The notes below the pieces were generated by a model. The model ran no database searches, was not told the origin of the DNA, and saw nothing but the letters and a program-made list of their open reading frames with translations. The position numbers were made by a program, and so were the translations under genes. Shown here piece after piece: positions 1 through 8,586 of a DNA stretch of 64,000 nucleotides; positions within the stretch are counted from its first letter, which is position 1, and each line of letters starts with the position of its first letter. The stretch is from Minisyncoccia bacterium. Lineage in GTDB: Bacteria > Patescibacteriota > Minisyncoccia > Moranbacterales > GCA-2747515. The DNA is taken from positions 1,404 through 65,403 of the forward strand of contig JBGSQF010000018.1 of assembly GCA_041738235.1 (NCBI GenBank), given 5' to 3'.

Positions 1-45
1 GTTCCAATAGAGCGAACAAATCCGTTTCTCTCTCGTTTTGGCAAA

Positions 46-705
46 GTGAGCAAGGGGCTTTTATTAGAGGATATCTTTATTTTTATGGAAGAGATAAAAA
101 AAGAAGAAAAGAGGAAGAAAGGCTTTCGATTTGGGATCAGGTTCTTTTTGATGATAGTTATCTTGTTGGGGATTGTCCTCGGCATTTTGTATATTTGTGG
201 AATGTCGACCGGAAAATCTCTTGGAACTGTGCGTGAATCAAACAAGACATTTAGCCTTGAGAGTTCTGACATTCCTCCAGCGGTAAAAATTTTTGAGGGA
301 CATTATTTTTCCCTTTCACTTCCCGAAATATATAGTGAGAAGAGACATTTATTTTCAGAAGATAAAAAAGCTAATACCCTTGAGCAGACATTCTTTTCGC
401 AAGAGGGAGAGTCCGGGAGAAAATTGGCGGTGACTGTCGAGCGCATGCCTGTTGGAGGGATCTCCGAACTCTCCTCCTACCAATTTCGAGAAATGCATCC
501 TGATGAATACGAACGTGGCGTAACTATTTTGAATGGAGAAGAAATTATTTCTTACACAAAAAAGAATGTAGTGTACGAAGTGACTGGCTATGTGACACAG
601 GGTCTGTTTGTTGCTTCGATCAGCGTCACTTCTGCCGTTGAGGCTCCTGAGAATTTAATGGAAGATTTTTCTTCGATCGTTGGCTCCTTTCAGTGGCGGG
701 AATAA
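46..705 (+). CDS. hypothetical membrane protein (N-terminal TM helix)
   Basis: 219-aa ORF (GTG start). A hydrophobic segment LMIVILLGIVLGILYI follows a basic stretch. No recognisable family. Confidence 0.45.
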   Translation: MSKGLLLEDIFIFMEEIKKEEKRKKGFRFGIRFFLMIVILLGIVLGILYICGMSTGKSLGTVRESNKTFSLESSDIPPAVKIFEGHYFSLSLPEIYSEKRHLFSEDKKANTLEQTFFSQEGESGRKLAVTVERMPVGGISELSSYQFREMHPDEYERGVTILNGEEIISYTKKNVVYEVTGYVTQGLFVASISVTSAVEAPENLMEDFSSIVGSFQWRE

Positions 706-726
706 CCGACAAATACTGAGCAACCT

Positions 727-755
727 TTGACAAAAACAATTTTTTGGTGTATACT
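727..755 (+). promoter_or_regulatory. sigma70-like promoter (TTGACA-N17-TATACT)
   Basis: Near-consensus -35 (727-732) and -10 (750-755) with a 17-nt spacer, upstream of the 872 gene. Confidence 0.4.
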
Positions 756-817
756 ATATCTAGAACTTTGAAGAGAAGCGGAAAAATCCCTTAAAAAGGA
801 TTTTCCAATCTCTCAGG

Positions 818-854
818 GGCGGGTGATCCGGATTTTCCGGGACACCCGCCTTTT
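818..854 (+). promoter_or_regulatory. nested GC-rich hairpin + T-tract in 5' leader
   Basis: GGCGGGTG...CACCCGCC 8-bp stem enclosing a CCGGA/TCCGG inner hairpin, followed by TTTT. A second AAAATCC/GGATTTT hairpin lies at 784-806. Confidence 0.35.
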
Positions 855-871
855 ATATTAACAAAATCCCT

Positions 872-2761
872 ATGTCGGAGGGATACAAAAACACAAAAAA
901 AAGTATACGAATACTTGTCTCCGGAATCTTTATGGTTCTTGGGATTTTTGTGTTTTCCGGAGTGGCGGACGCTGCGACAGGAATCAATAAGCAGATCAGT
1001 TTTCAGGGAAAAGTGGTCAATACTGATGGAACAAATGTTGCCAACGGAAATTATGATTTTGTATTTAAGTTGTACTCCGTGTCTTCTGGGGGCTCTCCAA
1101 TATGGACTGAAACATGGAATAGTGGTACAAGCCAGGTGGCAGTTACTGATGGTATTTTTCAGGTGAACTTGGGAACGCATACTTCATTTCCAGGCTCGGT
1201 GGATTTTAACACTGATAATATTTATCTTGGAGTGACCTTTCATACCGATTCGGAGATGACACCGCGCATTCGTTTTACGGCTGTTCCATACGCATTCAAC
1301 GCAGATAAGATTCACGGATTGAGTGTGACTGACACCACGGGGACATTGACCATTCCAAATGGTAAAACGATTTCTTTTGCGGACGCCTTTGCTACTTCTG
1401 GTGCTTTTTCAACAACATTGACGACAACTGGTGTGACGAGTGTGACGCTCCCGACAAGCGGCACACTCGCCACGCTTGCTGGGGTCGAAGTTCTTACCAA
1501 TAAGACAATTGGTTCAACGGGGCTTATCTTTTCTGGGGCAGCAACGGATATTACCACCACCTCGGGAGAGTCCTTGGTTCTGTCTGCTGGTGGTGCCGGG
1601 ACGGTTGATATACAAGATGCCACGACAGTGGACTCATTGACAACGGATACGGGGGGCGTGTCGATCGCGGCTGGTCAGTCCTATACGGGGGCTGGAGCCG
1701 TAACCTTATCATCGGGGGGGTCGGCTGGGTTGACCCTGGATTCGGCCTCTGGGGTAACTATTATTGCTACGGGTGACTATTTGTCGCTTTCCCACTCTGG
1801 GGTTTCAGGGGCTGCGGCTGGATATATTTGGTACGATTCGAGTGATAATAAGTTTAAGATAAATGAAAATGGCTCAACAAAGGTAGTTTGTAACACAACA
1901 GATGCTGGTTGTGGGGCTGGGGGAGGATTATCAATGGGGGACACCATTGCAAGTGCCACGCAAGGATCTATTCTTTTTGCTGGAACTTCAGGCATACTAG
2001 CTCAGGATAATACTAACTTCTTTTGGGATGATACAAATAACCGTTTGGGAATTGGAACCAATAACCCCAGTCAGGCACTACACGTTAATGGAAGGATCAG
2101 AACGGATGGGGGACTCTTCTTTAACCAAGGCTCCGGATCAACAGACAACTTGATCTATGTAGGATCAGAAGCCTCAGGAAGCGTGAATGCAAGTTTTGGT
2201 TTCTTCGTGGGTGGCATTGGTTCTTCGTCTTCTTCTGATGGTGCCTATTTCTTGGCTCGAGGAAACAGCTTTTCGGGCATATCCAATCAACGTGGGAATA
2301 TGTACTTTGTGGCGGGAAACCCCTCCACTCCGGGGAATACAGAAGGGGCTATTAATTTTTCTACGGGAAGTGATGCTTCAATGGAGATGACCATTGATAA
2401 GAATGGCTATGTTGGTATTGGGACAACGGCACCATCTCGTGCGTTGGATGTGCTACAGTCAGCAAGCGCACCACAACTCAGACTTTCTAAGGACTTGACG
2501 AATTATAGTGAGTTTACCGTGGATTCCGTAGGGGACCTTCAAATTGAGGCCACAGGACATGATATTCGTGCACTTTCGGATAATATGTGGGTGTGTGATA
2601 ACGATGCTTGTCCAGCACTTACCTTAACCGGGCAGGGGAATATTTTTGTGGAGAATGTTCTCAAATTTGGAAATGGCGTGTATATTAAGAATGATTCTAG
2701 TACGGAACTGGGCGTATATGACAAGAATGACAACGCGATGTTGGTGTTTGACGAACAATAA
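872..2761 (+). CDS. large secreted Thr/Gly/Ser-rich surface protein with tail-fibre-like repeats
   Basis: 629 aa with an N-terminal signal-like segment ILVSGIFMVLGIFVFSGVADA. Two copies of a GIGT-x2-PS-x-AL-x-V motif (LGIGTNNPSQALHV, VGIGTTAPSRALDV) and long T/G/S tracts. Confidence 0.6.
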   Translation: MSEGYKNTKKSIRILVSGIFMVLGIFVFSGVADAATGINKQISFQGKVVNTDGTNVANGNYDFVFKLYSVSSGGSPIWTETWNSGTSQVAVTDGIFQVNLGTHTSFPGSVDFNTDNIYLGVTFHTDSEMTPRIRFTAVPYAFNADKIHGLSVTDTTGTLTIPNGKTISFADAFATSGAFSTTLTTTGVTSVTLPTSGTLATLAGVEVLTNKTIGSTGLIFSGAATDITTTSGESLVLSAGGAGTVDIQDATTVDSLTTDTGGVSIAAGQSYTGAGAVTLSSGGSAGLTLDSASGVTIIATGDYLSLSHSGVSGAAAGYIWYDSSDNKFKINENGSTKVVCNTTDAGCGAGGGLSMGDTIASATQGSILFAGTSGILAQDNTNFFWDDTNNRLGIGTNNPSQALHVNGRIRTDGGLFFNQGSGSTDNLIYVGSEASGSVNASFGFFVGGIGSSSSSDGAYFLARGNSFSGISNQRGNMYFVAGNPSTPGNTEGAINFSTGSDASMEMTIDKNGYVGIGTTAPSRALDVLQSASAPQLRLSKDLTNYSEFTVDSVGDLQIEATGHDIRALSDNMWVCDNDACPALTLTGQGNIFVENVLKFGNGVYIKNDSSTELGVYDKNDNAMLVFDEQ

Positions 2762-2770
2762 AATACGGAT

Positions 2771-3532
2771 GTGATCAAGACTATGACGCGAGAATTTGTG
2801 GAATTAAGGAAAAGCATTGTTTATTTTGCGATCGTTCTTTCCTGTCTTTTTTTTGGGTTTTTACTTCTAACAGTACGAGAAACGGTAGTTTTTGGGTTCC
2901 CTGTCAGTGTGCCCGTGTTTGGGGCACCCTCTTTTGCGATGAAACTATTCCTTTTTTCAAAGACATTCCTTGTTCCAGAGGGGGTGCCCATAGTTGCTTT
3001 AGGTCCGATGTCATCTTTTGTGGCACCGATCATTATGGCATTTCTTGTGGCCACACTTCTTTCATTCCCAGTGGGTCTGTATTTGATCGTTCGGTTCCTC
3101 CGTCCGGCACTTCGCCCAAGGGAGAGAAAAACACTGCTCAGGTATATAGCGCCATCAATTTTTTTGTTTTATCTTGGGTGTGCGTTTGCCTATTTTTTTA
3201 TTATTCCAAAGACTTTTTCCATACTCTATGGTTTTGCTCCCCCGCTGGAGGTTGTAACGTTCTTCGCTTTAGATGATTTTATTGCTTCCGTTTTCTTCCT
3301 TACGATCGCGATCGGTTTCTCGTTTCTTTTTCCTGTTGTCATGGTGACCGCATCGCGTATCGGTTTGATCCCGAGGGAATTCTGGCTTTTACACTGGAGG
3401 GGAGCGGTTGCTTCAGTTATCATATTTTCCGCGATCATTACTCCGGATGGAAGTGGGGTAACCATGATATTACTTTCGGTGCCCTTTATGCTTCTTTATG
3501 GTCTGGGAACGGTGATCTCTTTGAAAAGGTAG
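2771..3532 (+). CDS. tatC: twin-arginine translocase subunit TatC
   Basis: 253 aa, polytopic. ELRKSIVYF near the N-terminus matches TatC. FYLGCAFAYFFIIP matches the FYxGxAFAYFvvfP TatC signature, and the ITPDG region matches ITSPED. Confidence 0.75.
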   Translation: MIKTMTREFVELRKSIVYFAIVLSCLFFGFLLLTVRETVVFGFPVSVPVFGAPSFAMKLFLFSKTFLVPEGVPIVALGPMSSFVAPIIMAFLVATLLSFPVGLYLIVRFLRPALRPRERKTLLRYIAPSIFLFYLGCAFAYFFIIPKTFSILYGFAPPLEVVTFFALDDFIASVFFLTIAIGFSFLFPVVMVTASRIGLIPREFWLLHWRGAVASVIIFSAIITPDGSGVTMILLSVPFMLLYGLGTVISLKR

Positions 3533-3538
3533 AGATCT

Positions 3539-4417
3539 ATGTGTTGTGGTATAATAGAAAATATGACATTCCGATTCCTTATAAAATTTTTAAGATACAA
3601 CAACGCCGTGCCGATCATCATCTCTGGGATGATCCTTGGAACGGGTGCAGTATTTGCGACGAATTCCGATCTTCGTCAGGCAGTTTTGTCGTCGTCGGGA
3701 AATGTACAATCGCCAGTTCAAGATGTTCAAAAGACGGACACAACTCGCATTTCTTTGGAAAATATTAACTCGTTTGATTTTAACTTGAAGATCGATTCAA
3801 TTACGGAGGACTCAAAAACATACTTTGTCGTGTATTCCTACAGAACTTTAAATGTAGCAGGTGGGGCGTGGCAAGAAGCTCGTGAGTCAAAGAAAATGGA
3901 GATCCCGAAAGACCTTCTTGGAAAACGTGACCTTAAAGGATATCTTTCAGAACAGATCGGACAGGTGATGGATCGTGAAGTAGCGTATCTTTCTGAGGTT
4001 CAGACAAATCTCAAAAAGACCACTGTGCCAAAAGAATCTACCCAATACGCCTCCCTTGTTGGAAAAGAAATTGATAATAAGAAGAATCCAGGAGCGGATG
4101 TCTCAGAAGGGAAAGCGTCAACGCAAGGAGGGTCAGGCGGGAATTCGGATGGTGAAGTGGGAGCACAAGATGCGTTAGATACGCAAGGGGGAGACGGTCA
4201 GATCGTGACGGTTCTTTCTAAGAAGGAGGTAAATGATATGATCATTGCTGCAATTGATGATTTTTTATCAGTTGACACGAGCATGCCCGATCTGCAAAAT
4301 ATACCAACAGAAAAGGAAAAGACAGTTGAGGAAGGTGTAGCCGCTCCTGAGGGCTCCTCGGTGGACACATCGGCCGGAAGTTTAACTGCAGAGACTACTT
4401 CTGGACAGGAAAATTAA
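3539..4417 (+). CDS. hypothetical secreted/membrane-anchored protein
   Basis: 292 aa. A signal-like segment AVPIIISGMILGTGAVFA precedes a low-complexity acidic/Gly C-terminus. The true start may be the internal Met at 3563. Confidence 0.45.
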   Translation: MCCGIIENMTFRFLIKFLRYNNAVPIIISGMILGTGAVFATNSDLRQAVLSSSGNVQSPVQDVQKTDTTRISLENINSFDFNLKIDSITEDSKTYFVVYSYRTLNVAGGAWQEARESKKMEIPKDLLGKRDLKGYLSEQIGQVMDREVAYLSEVQTNLKKTTVPKESTQYASLVGKEIDNKKNPGADVSEGKASTQGGSGGNSDGEVGAQDALDTQGGDGQIVTVLSKKEVNDMIIAAIDDFLSVDTSMPDLQNIPTEKEKTVEEGVAAPEGSSVDTSAGSLTAETTSGQEN

Positions 4418-4443
4418 TTCACAGTGCATTTGATATGTAGTGG

Positions 4444-4467
4444 AAACGCCGATTTGCGGGCGTTTTT
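4444..4467 (+). terminator. intrinsic terminator
   Basis: AAACGCC-gatttgcg-GGCGTTT stem-loop followed by a T-tract. A TGcTATAAT extended -10 for tatA follows at about 4471-4479. Confidence 0.5.
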
Positions 4468-4510
4468 GATTATGCTATAATAGCGCAAGAATAATATTAA
4501 TCTTAACTTT

Positions 4511-4693
4511 ATGTTGGGTCTTGGTATGCCGGAGATCATTGTTATCGTTTTGGTGGTGGGAATACTTTTTTTTGGAAGCGGAAAGATCACCGAATTTTCT
4601 CGTTCCCTTGGTCGCGTGACAGGGGAATTTAAGAAGGGAAAGCGTGAGGTGGAGGAGGAGTTGAAGGAAGTTACAAAAGAGGACAAAAAGTAA
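4511..4693 (+). CDS. tatA: twin-arginine translocase subunit TatA/E
   Basis: 60 aa, MLGLGMPEIIVIVLVVGILFFGSGKITEFSRSLGRVTGEFKKG. It matches the TatA TM helix, hinge and amphipathic-helix pattern. Confidence 0.75.
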   Translation: MLGLGMPEIIVIVLVVGILFFGSGKITEFSRSLGRVTGEFKKGKREVEEELKEVTKEDKK

Positions 4694-4724
4694 AGACCAG
4701 TTCCTGAATAAAAAAATACATAAT

Positions 4725-5120
4725 ATGTCTCGCTGGAAAAAGGGGGTGCAAAAAAGGATGACTCCGGTTTCTTCTGTGGTGAAGCGGGTGGTTTTTGGTG
4801 TTCGAGAAAAATTTAATCGACTACGGGAAGCTCGAATTTTTCCTCTTTTGAGGCCACAAAAAAAAGATCAAAATATAAATACCCGTAAGAAAGATATTTT
4901 TGACCCTCGTCGGCGAACATTTTTGAAGTACGCGCTTTTTGGAAGTGGGGTTTTTCTTTTGGGAAAGTATCTCAACCCGATCATCAACTTGATCCAAGGG
5001 GATGTCGTACTGAGTGAAAAAACATTTCAGAACTTTAAGGTCACTGAGACGGGGAAGCAGCTCAAGGTGATGGATGATGAGGGGGATGAGTTACTTATTA
5101 TTGATAAAGAGGGTTTTTAG
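4725..5120 (+). CDS. small protein with twin-arginine (Tat) signal motif
   Basis: RRRTFLKYALFGSGVFLLG is a textbook S/T-RRxFLK Tat motif with an h-region. An in-frame TTG at 4848 would give a 22-aa n-region and a 91-aa product. The mature part is only about 50 aa. Confidence 0.45.
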   Translation: MSRWKKGVQKRMTPVSSVVKRVVFGVREKFNRLREARIFPLLRPQKKDQNINTRKKDIFDPRRRTFLKYALFGSGVFLLGKYLNPIINLIQGDVVLSEKTFQNFKVTETGKQLKVMDDEGDELLIIDKEGF

Positions 5121-5121
5121 T

Positions 5122-5790
5122 ATGGCTATTCGTATTTCTAAAAATCGTGTTGCGCTCTCTGGGATACCGCTCAATTTGGCGGCAGAGGTGGATGTTGCTT
5201 CAGCAGGAACAACCAATATTGGTGCAGCGGCGTCCAATAACATTCGTATTACAGGCACCACAACGATCACAGCCTTTGATAATGTGGCCGCGGGGATTCG
5301 ACGTACTGTCCGGTTTCAAGGGGCTCTCACACTAACGCATAACGGTACGTCACTGATCCTTCCTGGTGGGGTCAGTATTGTGACGGTGGCTAACGATACG
5401 GCAGAATTTCTTTCTCTTGGTTCTGGAAATTGGATCTGTCTTTATTATGACTACGCCAGAAAGCGTTCTCAACGGGTTTTTTCCGAGGCATCGAATGCAA
5501 CTCCAACACCGAACGTTGATACGACCGATGTACACATTGTTACTGCGCTTGCGGTTGGGGCAACTTTTGGTGCGCCTACGGGAACCCCAACACATGGGCA
5601 AAAACTTATTATTCGTATCAAGGATAACGCCACCGCGCGATCGCTTGCCTGGAATGGAGCTTACCGAGCCAGTAGTGACCTAGCGCTTCCTACCACGACA
5701 GTTCTTTCCAAAACGATATATCTTGGATTTATGTATAACTCGACCGACGCAAAATGGGATCTTTTGGCAAAACTTGATAACTTTTCTTAA
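5122..5790 (+). CDS. hypothetical Thr/Ala/Gly-rich beta-type protein (first gene of cassette A)
   Basis: 222 aa from ATG 5122, which sits behind an AAGAGGG RBS. The ORF track's 5074 start overlaps the upstream gene. No family recognised. Confidence 0.45.
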   Translation: MAIRISKNRVALSGIPLNLAAEVDVASAGTTNIGAAASNNIRITGTTTITAFDNVAAGIRRTVRFQGALTLTHNGTSLILPGGVSIVTVANDTAEFLSLGSGNWICLYYDYARKRSQRVFSEASNATPTPNVDTTDVHIVTALAVGATFGAPTGTPTHGQKLIIRIKDNATARSLAWNGAYRASSDLALPTTTVLSKTIYLGFMYNSTDAKWDLLAKLDNFS

Positions 5791-5793
5791 ACT

Positions 5794-7734
5794 ATGGCCA
5801 CAAGACTTAAGACCGTTGATTATGCTGTTCCAATGTTGCTGACTTTGGCCGACAACACGCTGACAGCGATGACGACCATTACAGCGTATATCCCTGAGTT
5901 TTCCGGAACGGTCACTATTCGAAAGGCGATCGTCGAGGTGAACTTCAACCAACGATCAGTCGCGACGACCGTAACGCAAAACTTCACTACTCGAGAGGTG
6001 GATGTTTCTGTTGGGGGCGCGACTGCTACGAAGTATATCAACTCCAACCTCTATACGGGATCGGGAGAGACAACTTCTGTTTTTTATGCGGCCGATGCGA
6101 CGGCTCATTTCTCAAGTAATTGGACGAGTGGCACGAATAAAACGATAGCCCTCTCCGTTCTTGTTGATGGGTCGACCGATGCGACAGCCGCGGCGACTTG
6201 GTGTAATGTCTCCGCGACCATCTACATCACCTACGAGTATGATGATACGCAGACGACGCAGATCAAGACGGTCTATATTCCACTCAATGCCCCAACGACG
6301 ACACTGCCAATATCCAAGTCAACTGTGCACGACACGATTCCCGCACTGGATACGTATTGTCCCGAGGCTTCCAAAACGTATCGCAATATTTCCGTTGTAT
6401 TTCAGGGGAACGTCGGTGTTGCCACCGCAACGGACGCAACAATGTCGATGCAGATCGATACGTATACGGCACTTACAACTACATCTGAGGAGCGAGGAGG
6501 TGCCTCGAACTTTTGGAATCGTTATGTATGGGCACATCAGTACTATAATGCCGGGGGAGCTTCAGCGGGTATTGGTATGACCACGAATGCGACCCACAGT
6601 TTTTATATGTGGAACTCGACAGCAAACTACAACCATCCCCAGGTCTTTATGATGGTAACGTATGAATTTGATGCTTCTGCGTCAAATAATATGATCGTGT
6701 CGCTCGTTCTCCCAATGGAAGTGGACTCTCCTATGGGAAATAACTCCTCTGCCAATAATCAGCGTGCCACTCGTGATCTTTGGATCGAGGAGCCAGCAAC
6801 TATTACGATGCAACGGGCGGCTTATTATGTGTATTGGGACCAAATTTCCAATATTAGCCAACTTTGGATGCGTACCGGCGCAGCGTCGTATGTGCAGTAT
6901 ACGGACGCTGCCACCACTTTAGGTGGAAGTAACGGGGCCATGTTTCGCAACGACTCTTTTTCCCTTGCGCGTGGAAGACAAACAGCTAACTTTGACATTT
7001 ACACGACTGAGGCGCAGACCGGAGATCTTGGTTGGAATGTGTCCGGTTTCTGGATCCTCAATTATACGGCTGGGAAACCGAGCCAGGGATATGGTGCCGC
7101 CAATCATACCGTAAAATGGAATTTGAATGCCACCTTTGATGGTGCGGCAAATGTTATCCATGATATTGCCGCTACAGCTCCTATTATCCCCGAAACGAAC
7201 TATTTTATCACCGCTTTGGGGACGAACTATCAGTATATTTCCAATACAACGGGTCAGCCGATCGGTGTGGCCGTGATGTTTCGGGACGATAGTGATACAC
7301 AGTGGGTCACGGCGTATCGGGATATTTCGCATACGGACCCTGAGACGGGGCTCAGGCGATGCTGGAGTCAGATCCGATCTAATTTTAGACGTTTTCCCGG
7401 GGATCTCGATCCGAATCGTGGAATAGATATCACCACAGCTCGAAAGTGGCGATGTGTTCTTGGGAACGCATGCAACTCGTTTGATTACCTTGATCTTTAT
7501 ATTTCTTATCATTCCATTACATTTACTGTGGGTGGAACGATATCGGGAAGTGCTGGTGGGACGGTCGATATCGATCTTCATAGAACTGTTCAGAAGGAGG
7601 AAGTGCTCTCAACAACACGTGTGGGGAATGGTACGTACTCGTTTACTTGGTATGATAATACTGAGAATGTCTATTCGGACGCTCGGGAGGACGGGACGCA
7701 TCTTGGAAGGAGTGACAGTGGTCTTGCAACATAA
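5794..7734 (+). CDS. large Asn/Thr/Tyr-rich protein, paralog A (MATRLKT family, unknown function)
   Basis: 646 aa. N- and C-termini are clearly paralogous to the 8587..10473 ORF (MATRLKT..., ...YHSITFT..GSAGGTV.I.L.RT...VLST.R.GNG.YSFTWYDNT...THLGRS). Many N-x-T/S sequons. No obvious signal peptide. Confidence 0.7.
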   Translation: MATRLKTVDYAVPMLLTLADNTLTAMTTITAYIPEFSGTVTIRKAIVEVNFNQRSVATTVTQNFTTREVDVSVGGATATKYINSNLYTGSGETTSVFYAADATAHFSSNWTSGTNKTIALSVLVDGSTDATAAATWCNVSATIYITYEYDDTQTTQIKTVYIPLNAPTTTLPISKSTVHDTIPALDTYCPEASKTYRNISVVFQGNVGVATATDATMSMQIDTYTALTTTSEERGGASNFWNRYVWAHQYYNAGGASAGIGMTTNATHSFYMWNSTANYNHPQVFMMVTYEFDASASNNMIVSLVLPMEVDSPMGNNSSANNQRATRDLWIEEPATITMQRAAYYVYWDQISNISQLWMRTGAASYVQYTDAATTLGGSNGAMFRNDSFSLARGRQTANFDIYTTEAQTGDLGWNVSGFWILNYTAGKPSQGYGAANHTVKWNLNATFDGAANVIHDIAATAPIIPETNYFITALGTNYQYISNTTGQPIGVAVMFRDDSDTQWVTAYRDISHTDPETGLRRCWSQIRSNFRRFPGDLDPNRGIDITTARKWRCVLGNACNSFDYLDLYISYHSITFTVGGTISGSAGGTVDIDLHRTVQKEEVLSTTRVGNGTYSFTWYDNTENVYSDAREDGTHLGRSDSGLAT

Positions 7735-7751
7735 TTTTTTGTATAAGAGTT

Positions 7752-7913
7752 ATGGCATTTGCGGATATTACTTTGCGGGATAATGGGACAAATACCTTTG
7801 ATATTACGCTTTCTGGTGGAGTCACTTCCACGGGGGGCAGTAATTTCTTTTTCTTTATTCATGAGGTTTGTCTTGTGGCTTTCTTTGTTGGTTCTTTTTT
7901 CTTGGTTTGGTGA
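7752..7913 (+). CDS. small conserved ORF (53 aa), not in ORF track; paralog of 10485..10649
   Basis: MAFADITLRDNGTNTFDITLSGGVTSTGGSNFFFFIHEVCLVAFFVGSFFLVW. It shares RDNGT..FD..LS.GG..S.G..NFF.FF plus a hydrophobic tail with the peptide after paralog B. The nucleotide sequence has diverged while the motif is kept. Confidence 0.4.
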   Translation: MAFADITLRDNGTNTFDITLSGGVTSTGGSNFFFFIHEVCLVAFFVGSFFLVW

Positions 7914-7918
7914 TCTCT

Positions 7919-8275
7919 ATGGCGTCTAAGAGGGTTTTTTGGGGAATGAGCATACTGATGGTCTCGGCATTTCTTGTGGCGGGTTATTTTGCGTATTGGT
8001 ATTTTACTTCGCCTGAAGCGGTCGTACGTAGAGAGGTCGCAAAATGGGTTGGGATCATCGGAAGAGGGGTAGATCTTCCAAAAGGAGAGATACCTACTCT
8101 GGCCACAGTGACCAACAAAGACAGATTGGATCAGCAAGCATTTTTTCAGAAGGCGGAAAATGGAGATAAAATGCTTATTTATAGTCAAAGCGGCATAGTG
8201 ATCCTATATCGGCCATCCTTGAGAAAGGTCATTGATATGAGTCGGGTGGTCATAGAAAAGGCTCAGCCGCAGTAG
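7919..8275 (+). CDS. membrane-anchored protein, paralog of N-terminal half of 10777..11619
   Basis: 118 aa from ATG 7919 (the ORF-track start 7868 overlaps the small ORF). TM helix SILMVSAFLVAGYFAYWYF. It shares PTLATV...QAFFQKAENGDKMLIYS...YRPS with the downstream paralog. Confidence 0.5.
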   Translation: MASKRVFWGMSILMVSAFLVAGYFAYWYFTSPEAVVRREVAKWVGIIGRGVDLPKGEIPTLATVTNKDRLDQQAFFQKAENGDKMLIYSQSGIVILYRPSLRKVIDMSRVVIEKAQPQ

Positions 8276-8505
8276 AAAACTGATCTCTGGGTAAATCTTG
8301 GCTGGACGAGTATTTTGTGTTATATTAGGAAATGTAAACACATTCTTGTTTGGGGCACTTGTTGGTTGTAGTAGACCTTTTAGTGTCGTTTTCAAGAAAA
8401 CAAAGAAATAAAATTTGTTTTCATGAGAATTGAGTTGGGGAAAAATTAAAATACTACACGTTTTTATGTTGGGGTCATGGTTTCTGTGGCGGTTGGCTGT
8501 TTTTC

Positions 8506-8527
8506 GGCACCTTGAGGTGCTTTTTTG
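8506..8527 (+). terminator. intrinsic terminator
   Basis: GGCACC-ttga-GGTGC stem followed by TTTTTT. Confidence 0.4.
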
Positions 8528-8586
8528 TTTTTGTTAAAAATGGCTCAGATATAAGTAAAATGTTAATTTTATAATCTATATAGAGC

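Noticed and set aside
791-1180. 129-aa minus-strand ORF at the start of the 872 gene
   Set aside because: It overlaps the promoter and leader and the start of a well-supported secreted protein. It has Cys/His-rich odd composition.
6919-7581. 220-aa minus-strand ORF inside MATRLKT paralog A
   Set aside because: Shadow ORF. The paralog relationship of the plus-strand frames supports the sense genes.
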